Virus record (IMG/VR): IMGVR_UViG_3300022922_000019
Span: 1 to 41,748 of that record
Strand: one strand, 5' to 3'
DNA length: 41,748 nt
From: a virus
Lineage: Duplodnaviria; Caudoviricetes
Under the pieces are notes generated by a model. The model was given only the letters and a program-made list of their open reading frames with translations. It searched no databases and had not been told where the DNA came from. Positions 24,868-34,468 of the stretch are shown in pieces; the first letter of the stretch is position 1, and every line of letters starts with the position of its first letter. The position numbers were made by a program, and so were the translations under genes.

Positions 24868-26703
24868 ATGGCGATTACTGACGACGCACATTTTATTTTT
24901 AAGAAGGTACTTAATATTGCTGATAAAACCACAGGTTTAGATGTTACGCAATATTTTTATGAGGATACAAGGACTGGAAAAGAAGTAAAAACCAGTTCAC
25001 CTAAACCAGGTTCTCTTAATAATGCCCCTTCAGAACCAATTGATACGGCTGGAACAGGTAAAAATACACTAGATTTAAATAATACAACCGCTAATTTTGG
25101 TGAAGATTCTCTATATCCAACTAATGGTGTAGATTCTAGAAGTTACGCAGTTAGAACATCTATTAGCGGAGATGACGGTAAAATTACGTATGAAGATAAA
25201 GGAGATACAGTTACCTTAGGTAAAGCACCTCGAAGTTTATTTAATAATTGGACATTACATAGATATGATAATAGAGTAGGAGTAGTTGCGCGAGATAGTA
25301 CAAGTGCTATAGGAGGTAAAGATTATAATAAACCTGTTATGAGCGCGTTGGGTGAGAACAAGATACTTAATCCAACTGCTAGAAATATAGTTGAATACGC
25401 TAGTAGTACTGGTGGAGAAAGCTTTGCATACAGTTATAGCGATTTTATTCAAATGGAACATTATGGTCAAATATCCAACGATTATTTAATTACGCTTAGG
25501 CGTTTTGCTTATCCCGTTGGCGATGATTTATTAAGTCCAAAAATGATGGGTACTAAACCCGAACCTATTAATGCAGATGCTCCTGATTTGGCTAGAGCTG
25601 TTACATGGTTATCTCCGGCATTAGGCAATGATTTAAAAGAGATACTTAAATTTAAGGCTGGTTTTAAATGGACTGAAGCTAAATCAGAAATACAGGACGC
25701 ACAATCTAGACAAAGCGATAGAGGTAAATTAGGGGATGCAATAGATAACAGTAAATATGGTTCAGCTATTGAATCTGGTTTAAATGGTTTTACTGCGGCT
25801 CAAGCTAAGAAACTTAAAAATGTAGGTAATGTAGATCATACTAAAGAAACATATCCCAATAAGGTTTTTGGACCTCTTAACATCATTGATCAAGTTTTAA
25901 CCAGAGACAAAGGTTTAACTTTTGATCAAGAATTTAAATTATCATTTCACTATGATTTAAAAGCATTTCCTGGAACTAGTCCAAAGGTTGCATTTATGGA
26001 TACACTGTCTAACGTATTAGCACTTACGTATAACAACGCACCGTTTTGGGGAGGTGCTACCAGATTCAGTGGTAGTGGTAAAACTGGAAAACCATTTGGT
26101 GATACATCTCTTTTGGAAAAAGGTGATTATGCAGGTTATATTGGTTCTATCGCCGATACTCTAGCGGGTATGGGAGGTAACTTCATGGATCAACTTAAGA
26201 AGACTGCAAGTAATGTTGCAAATGGAGAAGGTATTAATAAAATTTTAGGTGATTCTAGTATATTAGAAAATATTGTTGGAGGTGGTTTAATGAAAATGTT
26301 GGGCGGTCCTTCCGGTGGTGATGTTATTAAAGCATTTTTAACAGGTGATCCAACCGGTCAGTGGCATTTAACCATAGGAAATCCAATGAACCCAATAATG
26401 GTTTGTGGAAACTTAGCATTACAAGATTCTGAATTTAGCTTTGAAGGTCCTTTAGGTTTTGAAGGGTTTCCTACTAAAATGAAAGTTGATATAACACTTA
26501 AACCCGGTAGACCTAGAGATAAAACAGAAATAGAATCTATGTTTAATGCGGGTAGAGGTAGAATGTATTTACAACCTGAATGGGGTGATGGAGAAAATAT
26601 AGATATAGATGCAATGCTTAATGTAGATGCATATGGCCAAAATGGTAAAAATATCTCAAATAAAGCATATATGAGTAGACTTTCTGATATGTCTGCTGGA
26701 TAA
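24868..26703 (+). CDS. putative baseplate/tail-tube cap protein (T4 gp48-like by position)
   Basis: 611 aa, directly upstream of the gp53-like gene; GLTFDQEFKLSF and FPTKMKVDITL strands recall tube-fold proteins. Confidence 0.45.
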   Translation: MAITDDAHFIFKKVLNIADKTTGLDVTQYFYEDTRTGKEVKTSSPKPGSLNNAPSEPIDTAGTGKNTLDLNNTTANFGEDSLYPTNGVDSRSYAVRTSISGDDGKITYEDKGDTVTLGKAPRSLFNNWTLHRYDNRVGVVARDSTSAIGGKDYNKPVMSALGENKILNPTARNIVEYASSTGGESFAYSYSDFIQMEHYGQISNDYLITLRRFAYPVGDDLLSPKMMGTKPEPINADAPDLARAVTWLSPALGNDLKEILKFKAGFKWTEAKSEIQDAQSRQSDRGKLGDAIDNSKYGSAIESGLNGFTAAQAKKLKNVGNVDHTKETYPNKVFGPLNIIDQVLTRDKGLTFDQEFKLSFHYDLKAFPGTSPKVAFMDTLSNVLALTYNNAPFWGGATRFSGSGKTGKPFGDTSLLEKGDYAGYIGSIADTLAGMGGNFMDQLKKTASNVANGEGINKILGDSSILENIVGGGLMKMLGGPSGGDVIKAFLTGDPTGQWHLTIGNPMNPIMVCGNLALQDSEFSFEGPLGFEGFPTKMKVDITLKPGRPRDKTEIESMFNAGRGRMYLQPEWGDGENIDIDAMLNVDAYGQNGKNISNKAYMSRLSDMSAG

Positions 26704-26717
26704 AATAATACTAATAT

Positions 26718-27638
26718 ATGGAATTTAAAGTATTCAAATCTAAAAAACTCAACGGTGATAAGAATAAACTATTCTTAGCGCAACCTACTATGATGTTTAA
26801 AAGTTTGAGTCCTAGCGAGTCATACATGATCGCTAAACACATTGTTAAAGATGATGATGTTGTTAGACCGGATAGAGTTGCAGTAGAACATTATGGTACT
26901 ACTGACGGTTTAGATATTATTTTAAAATTCAATGGTATATCTGATCCGTTCTCTCTTAGTCCTGGAGAAACTCTTTGGATACCTATAGACACTATAGCAT
27001 ATTATAAATTGGAATCTCCTAAGGCATTCGAGGACAATCCTATTAAGAATCAATTTATAGATACTAAGCGCTTAAGTAAAACTGATCAAAGAAGATTAGA
27101 AGCTCTTAAGAAAAAATATAATAAAGAGGCTTTACTTCCACCTAATGTTATTCCTTTAGGCAAAAAGACCTATCAATTTGATGGTACAAATGTTAGATTG
27201 GGTATGCATGTACAAACAGACGACGTGGTTAATTCTATATTATCTGATATACGAGAAGGAGAACTTTCTACAAATACGATCGATTTAAATGATGAAGATG
27301 TATTAGTTATAAACACGTCTGATAATTTAAATAGTACTTCTAATGGTAATGGAACCACTAATGGTGACAATACTTCTAATGGTGATGGCACTTCTAATGG
27401 ATCGAACATCTCATTGTATGAAGATGCCCTTATCAAAAATAGCGGTAATTATATAAAATCAAGTGGAAGCGGTGCTGGATCAATAGGCGGTGCTGGCTTA
27501 AATGGAAGTGGTTCTGGTAAATCAGATAAAGCCGATATATTAGGTGGAAATATACCTGACGGTTCGGGACCTATATCTACAGGAAATAATACTTCTGGAG
27601 GAGGAACTGACAGTTCGGATTCACCTTGTTCTAAATAA
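26718..27638 (+). CDS. baseplate wedge protein, T4 gp53-like (LysM-like) with G/S/N-rich tail
   Basis: RPDRVAVEHYG...IILKFNGISDPFSL.PGETLWIP. Confidence 0.75.
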   Translation: MEFKVFKSKKLNGDKNKLFLAQPTMMFKSLSPSESYMIAKHIVKDDDVVRPDRVAVEHYGTTDGLDIILKFNGISDPFSLSPGETLWIPIDTIAYYKLESPKAFEDNPIKNQFIDTKRLSKTDQRRLEALKKKYNKEALLPPNVIPLGKKTYQFDGTNVRLGMHVQTDDVVNSILSDIREGELSTNTIDLNDEDVLVINTSDNLNSTSNGNGTTNGDNTSNGDGTSNGSNISLYEDALIKNSGNYIKSSGSGAGSIGGAGLNGSGSGKSDKADILGGNIPDGSGPISTGNNTSGGGTDSSDSPCSK

Positions 27639-27644
27639 TAAAAT

Positions 27645-29186
27645 ATGGAATTATCTAACAATATATTAGCGGTAGTAGAGCCTAGTATTAGGCCTATGGA
27701 AATAAAAATCGATGCTCTTGCGGAAGAAGAGGGAGATGACGCTGAATTTAAGCAGACCACTGTTATAGCTACTCTTAAGCCGATGGTTCTAGTTAATGGA
27801 TATCAATTTTCCCCTGGAGATATAGAATTTTTTGAACTTAATTTAACTCAAGTTTTACCGACATGTAAATTAACGCTAAGAGACAGTGCAGGTAAATTTG
27901 CCGTTGGTAGTTATCCGAGAGATGGTGATTATTTTACTATATTAATTAATTCGAAAAATCAAGAAACGTTTAAATCTATTCATATGGATTTTGATATAAG
28001 TTCATCTTCTGCACCTAAAGAAGGTAATATAGAACCTGCTACATTTAGTATGAGTGGATTTTGTAAAGTGCCTAGAATATATGCTGAAGATTGTGTTAGT
28101 CTTGAAGCTGGAGATTCTTTAGAACATATGGAAATAATAGCTAGAGATTTAGGTATTGGATTAGCAACTAATATAGATGCAGCTGATGATAAGCAAGCTA
28201 GAATTATGGCCTTTACTCCATATTTAGATTTTATAAAATCGATAGTAAAGGAAAGTTATATTGGTGAAGAATCATTTCAAAAATTCTGGATAGATTCATA
28301 TTATTATATGAATTATGTGGATGTTAATGCATTATTTAATTCTCCTAATCCACCCATTGAAGAGTTTGCTGAATCACTGGCATCTGCTGCCGAGTCAATG
28401 ACGCCTGATGTTGAATCTGCAAAAAATGCTGAAGAAGGTGGAACTGGTAATGATATAGAAGTACCTCTATTGTTGACAAATCATATAATGTTTATGGGTA
28501 ATAATGCTTTTATTGAATCTCATAGAATTATAAATAATTCAAATACTATTAGTACTACGGCTGGTTATGCTAGGGAAATTACAATTTATGATGACAATGG
28601 CGAAGATAAAAAACAAGAGTTTAGAATTGAACCTTTAGGTGGAAATGATTTAAAGGAATTAGAAGAACCATTGAGGGGTAATAGGAATGATGATAGACAC
28701 ACTTCTCAGATAAAATACAAATATATCGGTAGACAAAACGCGGGTGAAGATGGTTTAGGTAATGTTCATCCTAATGCTGCATTTGCGCAATTGCATAATA
28801 AACAAAATGAAATGGAAACTCAAAAAATGAAATTGGAAGTTACTCTAAATTCATTTAACCCTTCTTTATATAAGTATCAAAAAGTGCCCGTATTAATGTA
28901 TTTAATGGATTCACAAGCGATAGAGCAAAATGAAAGAATTAAAGGAGATAAACAAGAATTAGGCATGGATAGTGATGAACCATTCGGTTTAGGTGAAGAT
29001 ACTGAAAGCATTACTGATGAAGGTAAAAGAAGTCCTTCACAAGCACTTGATACTTTTTTGTCAGGTTATTATTTAATAGAGAATATTGTATATAGAACTG
29101 AAGATGGAGAGACTAAGCAAACTATAACTTTATTAAGAAGAGAGTGGCCAACGAGGACTGAGAATTTAATCAATCCACCTTCATAA
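27645..29186 (+). CDS. putative baseplate hub protein (gp27-like)
   Basis: PTCKLTLRD near the N-terminus and LSGYYLIENIVY...TLLRR at the C-terminus; lies between gp53-like and gp5-like genes. Confidence 0.55.
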   Translation: MELSNNILAVVEPSIRPMEIKIDALAEEEGDDAEFKQTTVIATLKPMVLVNGYQFSPGDIEFFELNLTQVLPTCKLTLRDSAGKFAVGSYPRDGDYFTILINSKNQETFKSIHMDFDISSSSAPKEGNIEPATFSMSGFCKVPRIYAEDCVSLEAGDSLEHMEIIARDLGIGLATNIDAADDKQARIMAFTPYLDFIKSIVKESYIGEESFQKFWIDSYYYMNYVDVNALFNSPNPPIEEFAESLASAAESMTPDVESAKNAEEGGTGNDIEVPLLLTNHIMFMGNNAFIESHRIINNSNTISTTAGYAREITIYDDNGEDKKQEFRIEPLGGNDLKELEEPLRGNRNDDRHTSQIKYKYIGRQNAGEDGLGNVHPNAAFAQLHNKQNEMETQKMKLEVTLNSFNPSLYKYQKVPVLMYLMDSQAIEQNERIKGDKQELGMDSDEPFGLGEDTESITDEGKRSPSQALDTFLSGYYLIENIVYRTEDGETKQTITLLRREWPTRTENLINPPS

Positions 29187-29230
29187 GACATTAAGTTTTG
29201 TGTTAGTAAAGAAAATAGAATATATAACAT

Positions 29231-30652
29231 ATGTCAGATTTTAAACATATTAATGAATTTAGAAAGGGTACTAGGTTAAGAATGATCAGTGAAGATCCAA
29301 CTTATCTTAGTTTCTTTATTATGTTTGACAGTGTAGATCCTGAACATTCTCCACTATTATCTGGTAGAGCAGAAGCTTATTTGAAAAAATTTGTAGATCC
29401 AGTGACCGGTACAAACTATGCTGGAAATTTAGCTGCGTTTAAAAAAGTTTTAATGAAAATCAATAAAGATATGCCATGGTTTTGGCAAAAAATATCTGGA
29501 TTGGAGTTAACACAGACATATGGTAAAATGCAAGAGCCATGGCACGGTGCAGAAAATCCTAAAATAGATATTGAGTGTTTAGAGGAAAATGTAGAATTAA
29601 CTGCAATAAGTCTTATGATGCTATATAGAAAGGCTGTTTATGACTATCAAAGATATGTTGAAGTTTTACCAAAAAATCTAAGATATTTTAGAGTGTGGAT
29701 TGTAATGTCAGAAGTTAGAACATTCCAACAAAATACTGCAGCCAGGGATTTAAATTTATACGGGACGACGATGCCAGATAATAAAGCAGGGTCAGATATT
29801 GAACTTATTCCTAGGGCAAAGAGTAGTGAAACTGATATTTCTAGAAAATCTAGTAAATTTGACAATAAGTTGGTTGAGAATTATAATGCTGAATCAAAAC
29901 CTCACATGATGTTTGAATTAGATTTCTGTGAGTGGATAACAGATTCTATAGCTGATATGTTTGCTGATGCATCTAAAATGCCGGAATTAAAAAAACCTAA
30001 AATTTCATTTTCATGGCAACATGCGCACATATCTGGTTCTAAATTTGGACCTAATATTACAGAGGATGAAAAAGTAGATCTTATACCAAAAAAACCAGAA
30101 GACGGTTTATATCCAAATACACCATTTAATCCATTAGCAAACGCACAGAATGCTATTAGCGATAAAGTGAATGGTTTGGCAAGTTCTCTAGTAAATAGAT
30201 TTAATAACTTAAAAAATAGTTTACCGGGACAAGGTAATAATCCATTAGGTAGAGTTTATCCGGAAGGATTGACAGGCGCGGCGGCAACAATTGCTAATGC
30301 GGGTATGGATAAAGTAAAATCACTTTTATTAGATAATGTTCATGGAGCTGGCACAGGTTTGGGTTCTTTAGGAGATATAAATTCTGCATTAGAAACTGGT
30401 AGTATTAACGGTATTGCTAATTTAGCAGGACAACTGTTCAAGACAAAATCTAAAAAACCAGCAAAAGGTAATATTACTCCTGAAAAAATATATGAACCTG
30501 GTGTAGACAGTAGCCCAGATGATAAATTAAATGATAGGGTTTATGATCCTATTCAACAAACTACTGATCAACCTATAAGTCCTAGTAGAATATATGATCC
30601 GGGAGTAGACAGTACACCCGATAACAATATTAACGATAACGTACACTCATAA
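29231..30652 (+). CDS. putative tail-tube-like baseplate protein (gp54-like) with C-terminal IYxPGVDS repeats
   Basis: Position upstream of gp5; WFWQKISGL, IDIECLE, FELDFCE. Confidence 0.45.
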   Translation: MSDFKHINEFRKGTRLRMISEDPTYLSFFIMFDSVDPEHSPLLSGRAEAYLKKFVDPVTGTNYAGNLAAFKKVLMKINKDMPWFWQKISGLELTQTYGKMQEPWHGAENPKIDIECLEENVELTAISLMMLYRKAVYDYQRYVEVLPKNLRYFRVWIVMSEVRTFQQNTAARDLNLYGTTMPDNKAGSDIELIPRAKSSETDISRKSSKFDNKLVENYNAESKPHMMFELDFCEWITDSIADMFADASKMPELKKPKISFSWQHAHISGSKFGPNITEDEKVDLIPKKPEDGLYPNTPFNPLANAQNAISDKVNGLASSLVNRFNNLKNSLPGQGNNPLGRVYPEGLTGAAATIANAGMDKVKSLLLDNVHGAGTGLGSLGDINSALETGSINGIANLAGQLFKTKSKKPAKGNITPEKIYEPGVDSSPDDKLNDRVYDPIQQTTDQPISPSRIYDPGVDSTPDNNINDNVHS

Positions 30653-31362
30653 TGGATGAATTATTTCTAGACAATCTCAGAGATTCACACTGGTTGGGAG
30701 AAGTAGTTGTAAACGAAGATCCTCTCTTAAGCGGTAGATGTAAGATTAAAGTTTATGGTAAATTTGATAAACTAACTGATGATGCTATTCCATGGGCAAC
30801 CCCAATGAATAGAGATCAAGTGGGTTCGCATGCTGTGCCTAGAGTTGGTGATATTGTTGCCGTTAGATTTGATAATGGTAATATTTACCATCCAGAATAT
30901 TGGTTTCAAGTTGATCAAAACACAGATCTTAAAACAGATATTTTAGAAGCGTCTGACGCACCGCATGACGTCATAAGTTTAGTCTATGATGCCGAAAGAA
31001 ATTTAAGAATATATCACTCACCAGAAGATGGCTTAGTTATTACAAGAGGTGAAGGAGCTAAAGAAAGACCAATGATTCAAATTGATGAAGAAGGTTTTAT
31101 TAAAATTAGCACAGATGCTAAAATGTTTTTAGATTGTGGTGATATATTTGTTTCTAATACAGGTGAACCCGGAGCAGACGAAACAGAACCAGCAGTAAGA
31201 GGTCAATCTTTACAAGATTGGCTACAAATGTGGTTAGACGATTATAACGCACATATTCACCCAACCGGTGTTGGGCCATCTGGACCACCTATGCCACCTA
31301 CACCTGCAACTGTAGGAAAATTATCTAGTACTCATATTAATTATCAACAAAAGAATAAATAA
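30652..31362 (+). CDS. baseplate central spike, gp5/VgrG OB-fold
   Basis: GEVVVNEDPLLSGRCKIKVYG, IPWATP, VPRVGDIVAVRF; HxH tip motif AHIHPTGVGPS. Confidence 0.88.
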   Translation: MDELFLDNLRDSHWLGEVVVNEDPLLSGRCKIKVYGKFDKLTDDAIPWATPMNRDQVGSHAVPRVGDIVAVRFDNGNIYHPEYWFQVDQNTDLKTDILEASDAPHDVISLVYDAERNLRIYHSPEDGLVITRGEGAKERPMIQIDEEGFIKISTDAKMFLDCGDIFVSNTGEPGADETEPAVRGQSLQDWLQMWLDDYNAHIHPTGVGPSGPPMPPTPATVGKLSSTHINYQQKNK

Positions 31363-31364
31363 AC

Positions 31365-33080
31365 ATGCCTGCACTTTGGCCAACATTCATACCAGCATTA
31401 GCGTCTGATATAGCAGGTCAGTCATTCACTAAACCGGGTGGAGCTATGGTTTCTTATGAGCTCCCAAAAGTTGGAACTGATCAAGTTCCTATTTTTCCAC
31501 CATCTAAAGAGTTGATAGAGTCTGTTAAGCCTGGAAATCCTGTTAATGCAAATTTAACAACTGATCCTACTTCAATGATTAATGCTATAAATTTATCACC
31601 ATTAAGCGGAAGATATGATTTTGGTGTAAGAGTCGCTGAAAGATATTTAGAAGCTACTAAAAGTTTAGCACAAACTCCATTCGGTGCAGTTCATACTAAT
31701 AATCCTGCTGCCGAATTTATTTTAAAACAAGGTTATGGTTTAGTTTTTGAAAGACTATTAAAAGAAGGTGATATACCTTTATTGGATCAAAAGGATGAGA
31801 ACGGTAATGTCATAGAACAAGGTAAAGAATCTCATCCAGATTATGCTGATTTTTGTCCCGGGCCTATCGAACCGCCAGATCCTGTCGAGGAACAAAAAAA
31901 ACTAGATAAAAAGTTTGATAAATTTGTAGATGAGAAGAAGAACGATTCATATTGGGATTTATATAAGTTTAGATTTTTTGAATTTCCATGTTTAAGTGGC
32001 AACGAGACACAAGTTGAATTAGAGAATTTATTTGCGGCTAGATTAATAGAACAATATAAAACATCTAATGATAAAGATGAATTCAAACTATGGGCAGAAT
32101 GTTTGGGTTCTAAAAAATATAAAGATAGCACTCTAGCAATAAGCGGTAAACCATATCCTAATATTAGTACACAAACTAGAGCTGATATAACAGCAGCCGG
32201 TTATAACTGGCAATCTTTAGCAGATAATGTGAGTGATTTATTTATAGCTGGTATAGAAGGCAATGGACCTACGTTAGAGTGTCCATTAAATGAATGGAAA
32301 ATTCAAGTAGCATATGATTTTGATCATGATCCTCCTGAAAATCCAAGTAAAAGACCTAAGATATTAACATCTAATGTAGTGGCTACTTTTAGCTGGTATC
32401 CTGGTTTAAGACAGGGTTCTTTTTCTTATCTCTATGGATCTGCTGTTTCTGCACCTAAGTGGATAAAAACTCCAAATTGGATTGAAACTGTATATGAAAA
32501 AGGTGAATGGAAAAATCATTGGAGAAAAGTACCTGAAGATAAAATAAGACAAGCTTCTAGAGCGTCTGATCCGGGCGAAGAACTTTTAAAAATAGATCCA
32601 AAATTAGGGGGTACTTTATTTAAGTTTCAAATGAAAGAAGCCTTAGATGCAAAAAAGGTAGCCGATGAATGTGAAGCTATTGAACCAAGCTCTAATATTA
32701 ATTATAATTGGCCAGGTGGCGATCCATATGAAGAAATGGCAGCCGTTACTATTGCTTACTGGTATGCATGTTTAGTAAAACCTTTTGCACCAACTCCATC
32801 CGCTTTACCTGCGTTAATTCCTCCGCCATTAACAGGTATCTACATACCGCTATATTATGGCAGTAAAAAAAGATTAGCTAATAATTTAAGGAAGGCTTGG
32901 AATACTGGTAAAACATTTAGTGTATTACCTGCCCCAATGCCACCTGCACTTGCGGTTTCTACTGCGGTCGCTGCAGCATATGCTTTGCATTTATTGGAAT
33001 TTAAATTACTTTATTTAGGAGGTATACCTACACCAGTGGGTCCAGTACCTATGGTTGGTTTTGTACCTGTGGTATTCTAA
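31365..33080 (+). CDS. putative baseplate/spike-associated protein with Pro-rich termini
   Basis: 571 aa, immediately after the gp5-like gene. Confidence 0.45.
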   Translation: MPALWPTFIPALASDIAGQSFTKPGGAMVSYELPKVGTDQVPIFPPSKELIESVKPGNPVNANLTTDPTSMINAINLSPLSGRYDFGVRVAERYLEATKSLAQTPFGAVHTNNPAAEFILKQGYGLVFERLLKEGDIPLLDQKDENGNVIEQGKESHPDYADFCPGPIEPPDPVEEQKKLDKKFDKFVDEKKNDSYWDLYKFRFFEFPCLSGNETQVELENLFAARLIEQYKTSNDKDEFKLWAECLGSKKYKDSTLAISGKPYPNISTQTRADITAAGYNWQSLADNVSDLFIAGIEGNGPTLECPLNEWKIQVAYDFDHDPPENPSKRPKILTSNVVATFSWYPGLRQGSFSYLYGSAVSAPKWIKTPNWIETVYEKGEWKNHWRKVPEDKIRQASRASDPGEELLKIDPKLGGTLFKFQMKEALDAKKVADECEAIEPSSNINYNWPGGDPYEEMAAVTIAYWYACLVKPFAPTPSALPALIPPPLTGIYIPLYYGSKKRLANNLRKAWNTGKTFSVLPAPMPPALAVSTAVAAAYALHLLEFKLLYLGGIPTPVGPVPMVGFVPVVF

Positions 33081-33126
33081 TAATTAATTAGATATATATT
33101 ATGTTACACCTTTAATATAAAAATAA

Positions 33127-34416
33127 ATGAACAACGAAAAAAACAAAAGAGTTAGAATTGGCGAAGTTAAAGTCGAGGAAACTAAAATCGAAGAAGTAAA
33201 CAATCAAGTTGAAAATTCACAAGAAGATTTACAGGATGTCACCGAATCCTATTACGATGAAAATGGTGAATTTATGTGGGACGCATATGAAGCTAGTTGC
33301 CCATCTAAAACAAGAAAACCCAATCCACATATCAGAACTCTAAGAGGAGATAAAGTTTTTTCTAGAGAAGATTACGCACAAGATTTTTATGACTTACTAA
33401 CGGAATTTGACAGTAAATACGGTCAATTAGTTACTAAACTAAATGTAGGTGAAATTCATGAAGGTAAAATTTACGGAGTAAGTTCTGAATTTATTAGCGT
33501 TGATATTGGTTATAGAGAATTAATATACGTTAAATATGATAAAGAACCTGCTGATATACAAGCATTAAAACCAGGTGATGAAACATCTGTTTTAATTACT
33601 CAACTTGCTAAAAACTCACATATATTAGGATCAATTCACGGAGGTGTTAAACATCGCGTATTCATGGATCTTAGAGAAGGTGTAGAAACAGGTGGAACCG
33701 CATGGGTGGGTACTGTAACGCATATGATTGAAAATGGAGGTTACATGGTAATGATTCAAGGTATTGAGTGTTTTATGCCAGGATCACTTGCTGGAATTAA
33801 TAAACTGCATGATTTTTCATCCATCATTGGTAAAGAACTATATGTTGTGCCAGTTAGTTTCTCACCAGAAAGAGGCACATTGGTAGTTTCTCATAGAAAA
33901 TATTTACAAGCGTTAATTCCTAATGAAATATCGTCATTAAAAGAAACACAAGGCGAAACTCTTACCGGAAATGTAACAGGAACTGCAAAATATGGTGTTT
34001 TTGTAGAGTTTAATAAATGTCTAACCGGTATGATTCATAATAATGACTTAGACGAAGAAACTTTAGCTAAATTTAAAGCTAGAGAAATTAAACCAGGTGA
34101 TCAAATATCTTTTATGGTAAAAGATATCATAAGTAATACAAAAATTACGTTAACACAGAAAGCAAATATCGTAGTAAATCCATGGAGCGATATCACATCA
34201 AGATACACCATTCCTTCTGTAATAGAAGCTACTGTTAAGACTAAAAAAGACTATGGTCTATTCATTACAATAGAAGAGGGCGTTACTGGACTGTTACATG
34301 TAAGCGAATTAAGTGAAGAAGTTATGAGTGTATTTAAGGCCGGTGATAAGATCACTGTTCAAATTACAAGAATCGATGTTGATTCAATGAAAGTCTTTTT
34401 AAAGATGCCTCAATAA
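33127..34416 (+). CDS. rpsA: ribosomal protein bS1-like, four S1 domains
   Basis: SVDIGYRE; GGYMV...ECFMPGS...LVVSHRKYL; GNVTGTAKYGVFVEF...GMIH; DYGLFITIEEGVTGLLHVSELS; N-terminal FMWDAYE. Confidence 0.85.
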   Translation: MNNEKNKRVRIGEVKVEETKIEEVNNQVENSQEDLQDVTESYYDENGEFMWDAYEASCPSKTRKPNPHIRTLRGDKVFSREDYAQDFYDLLTEFDSKYGQLVTKLNVGEIHEGKIYGVSSEFISVDIGYRELIYVKYDKEPADIQALKPGDETSVLITQLAKNSHILGSIHGGVKHRVFMDLREGVETGGTAWVGTVTHMIENGGYMVMIQGIECFMPGSLAGINKLHDFSSIIGKELYVVPVSFSPERGTLVVSHRKYLQALIPNEISSLKETQGETLTGNVTGTAKYGVFVEFNKCLTGMIHNNDLDEETLAKFKAREIKPGDQISFMVKDIISNTKITLTQKANIVVNPWSDITSRYTIPSVIEATVKTKKDYGLFITIEEGVTGLLHVSELSEEVMSVFKAGDKITVQITRIDVDSMKVFLKMPQ

Positions 34417-34468
34417 CTATTGCAACGAGAGTGTGATATATATTGAAACGATAATATCATAATCTAAT

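Noticed and set aside
29231-29260. MSDFKHINEF as another copy of the N-terminal tag
   Set aside because: The spacing does not fit the consensus and the gene looks like a tail component.
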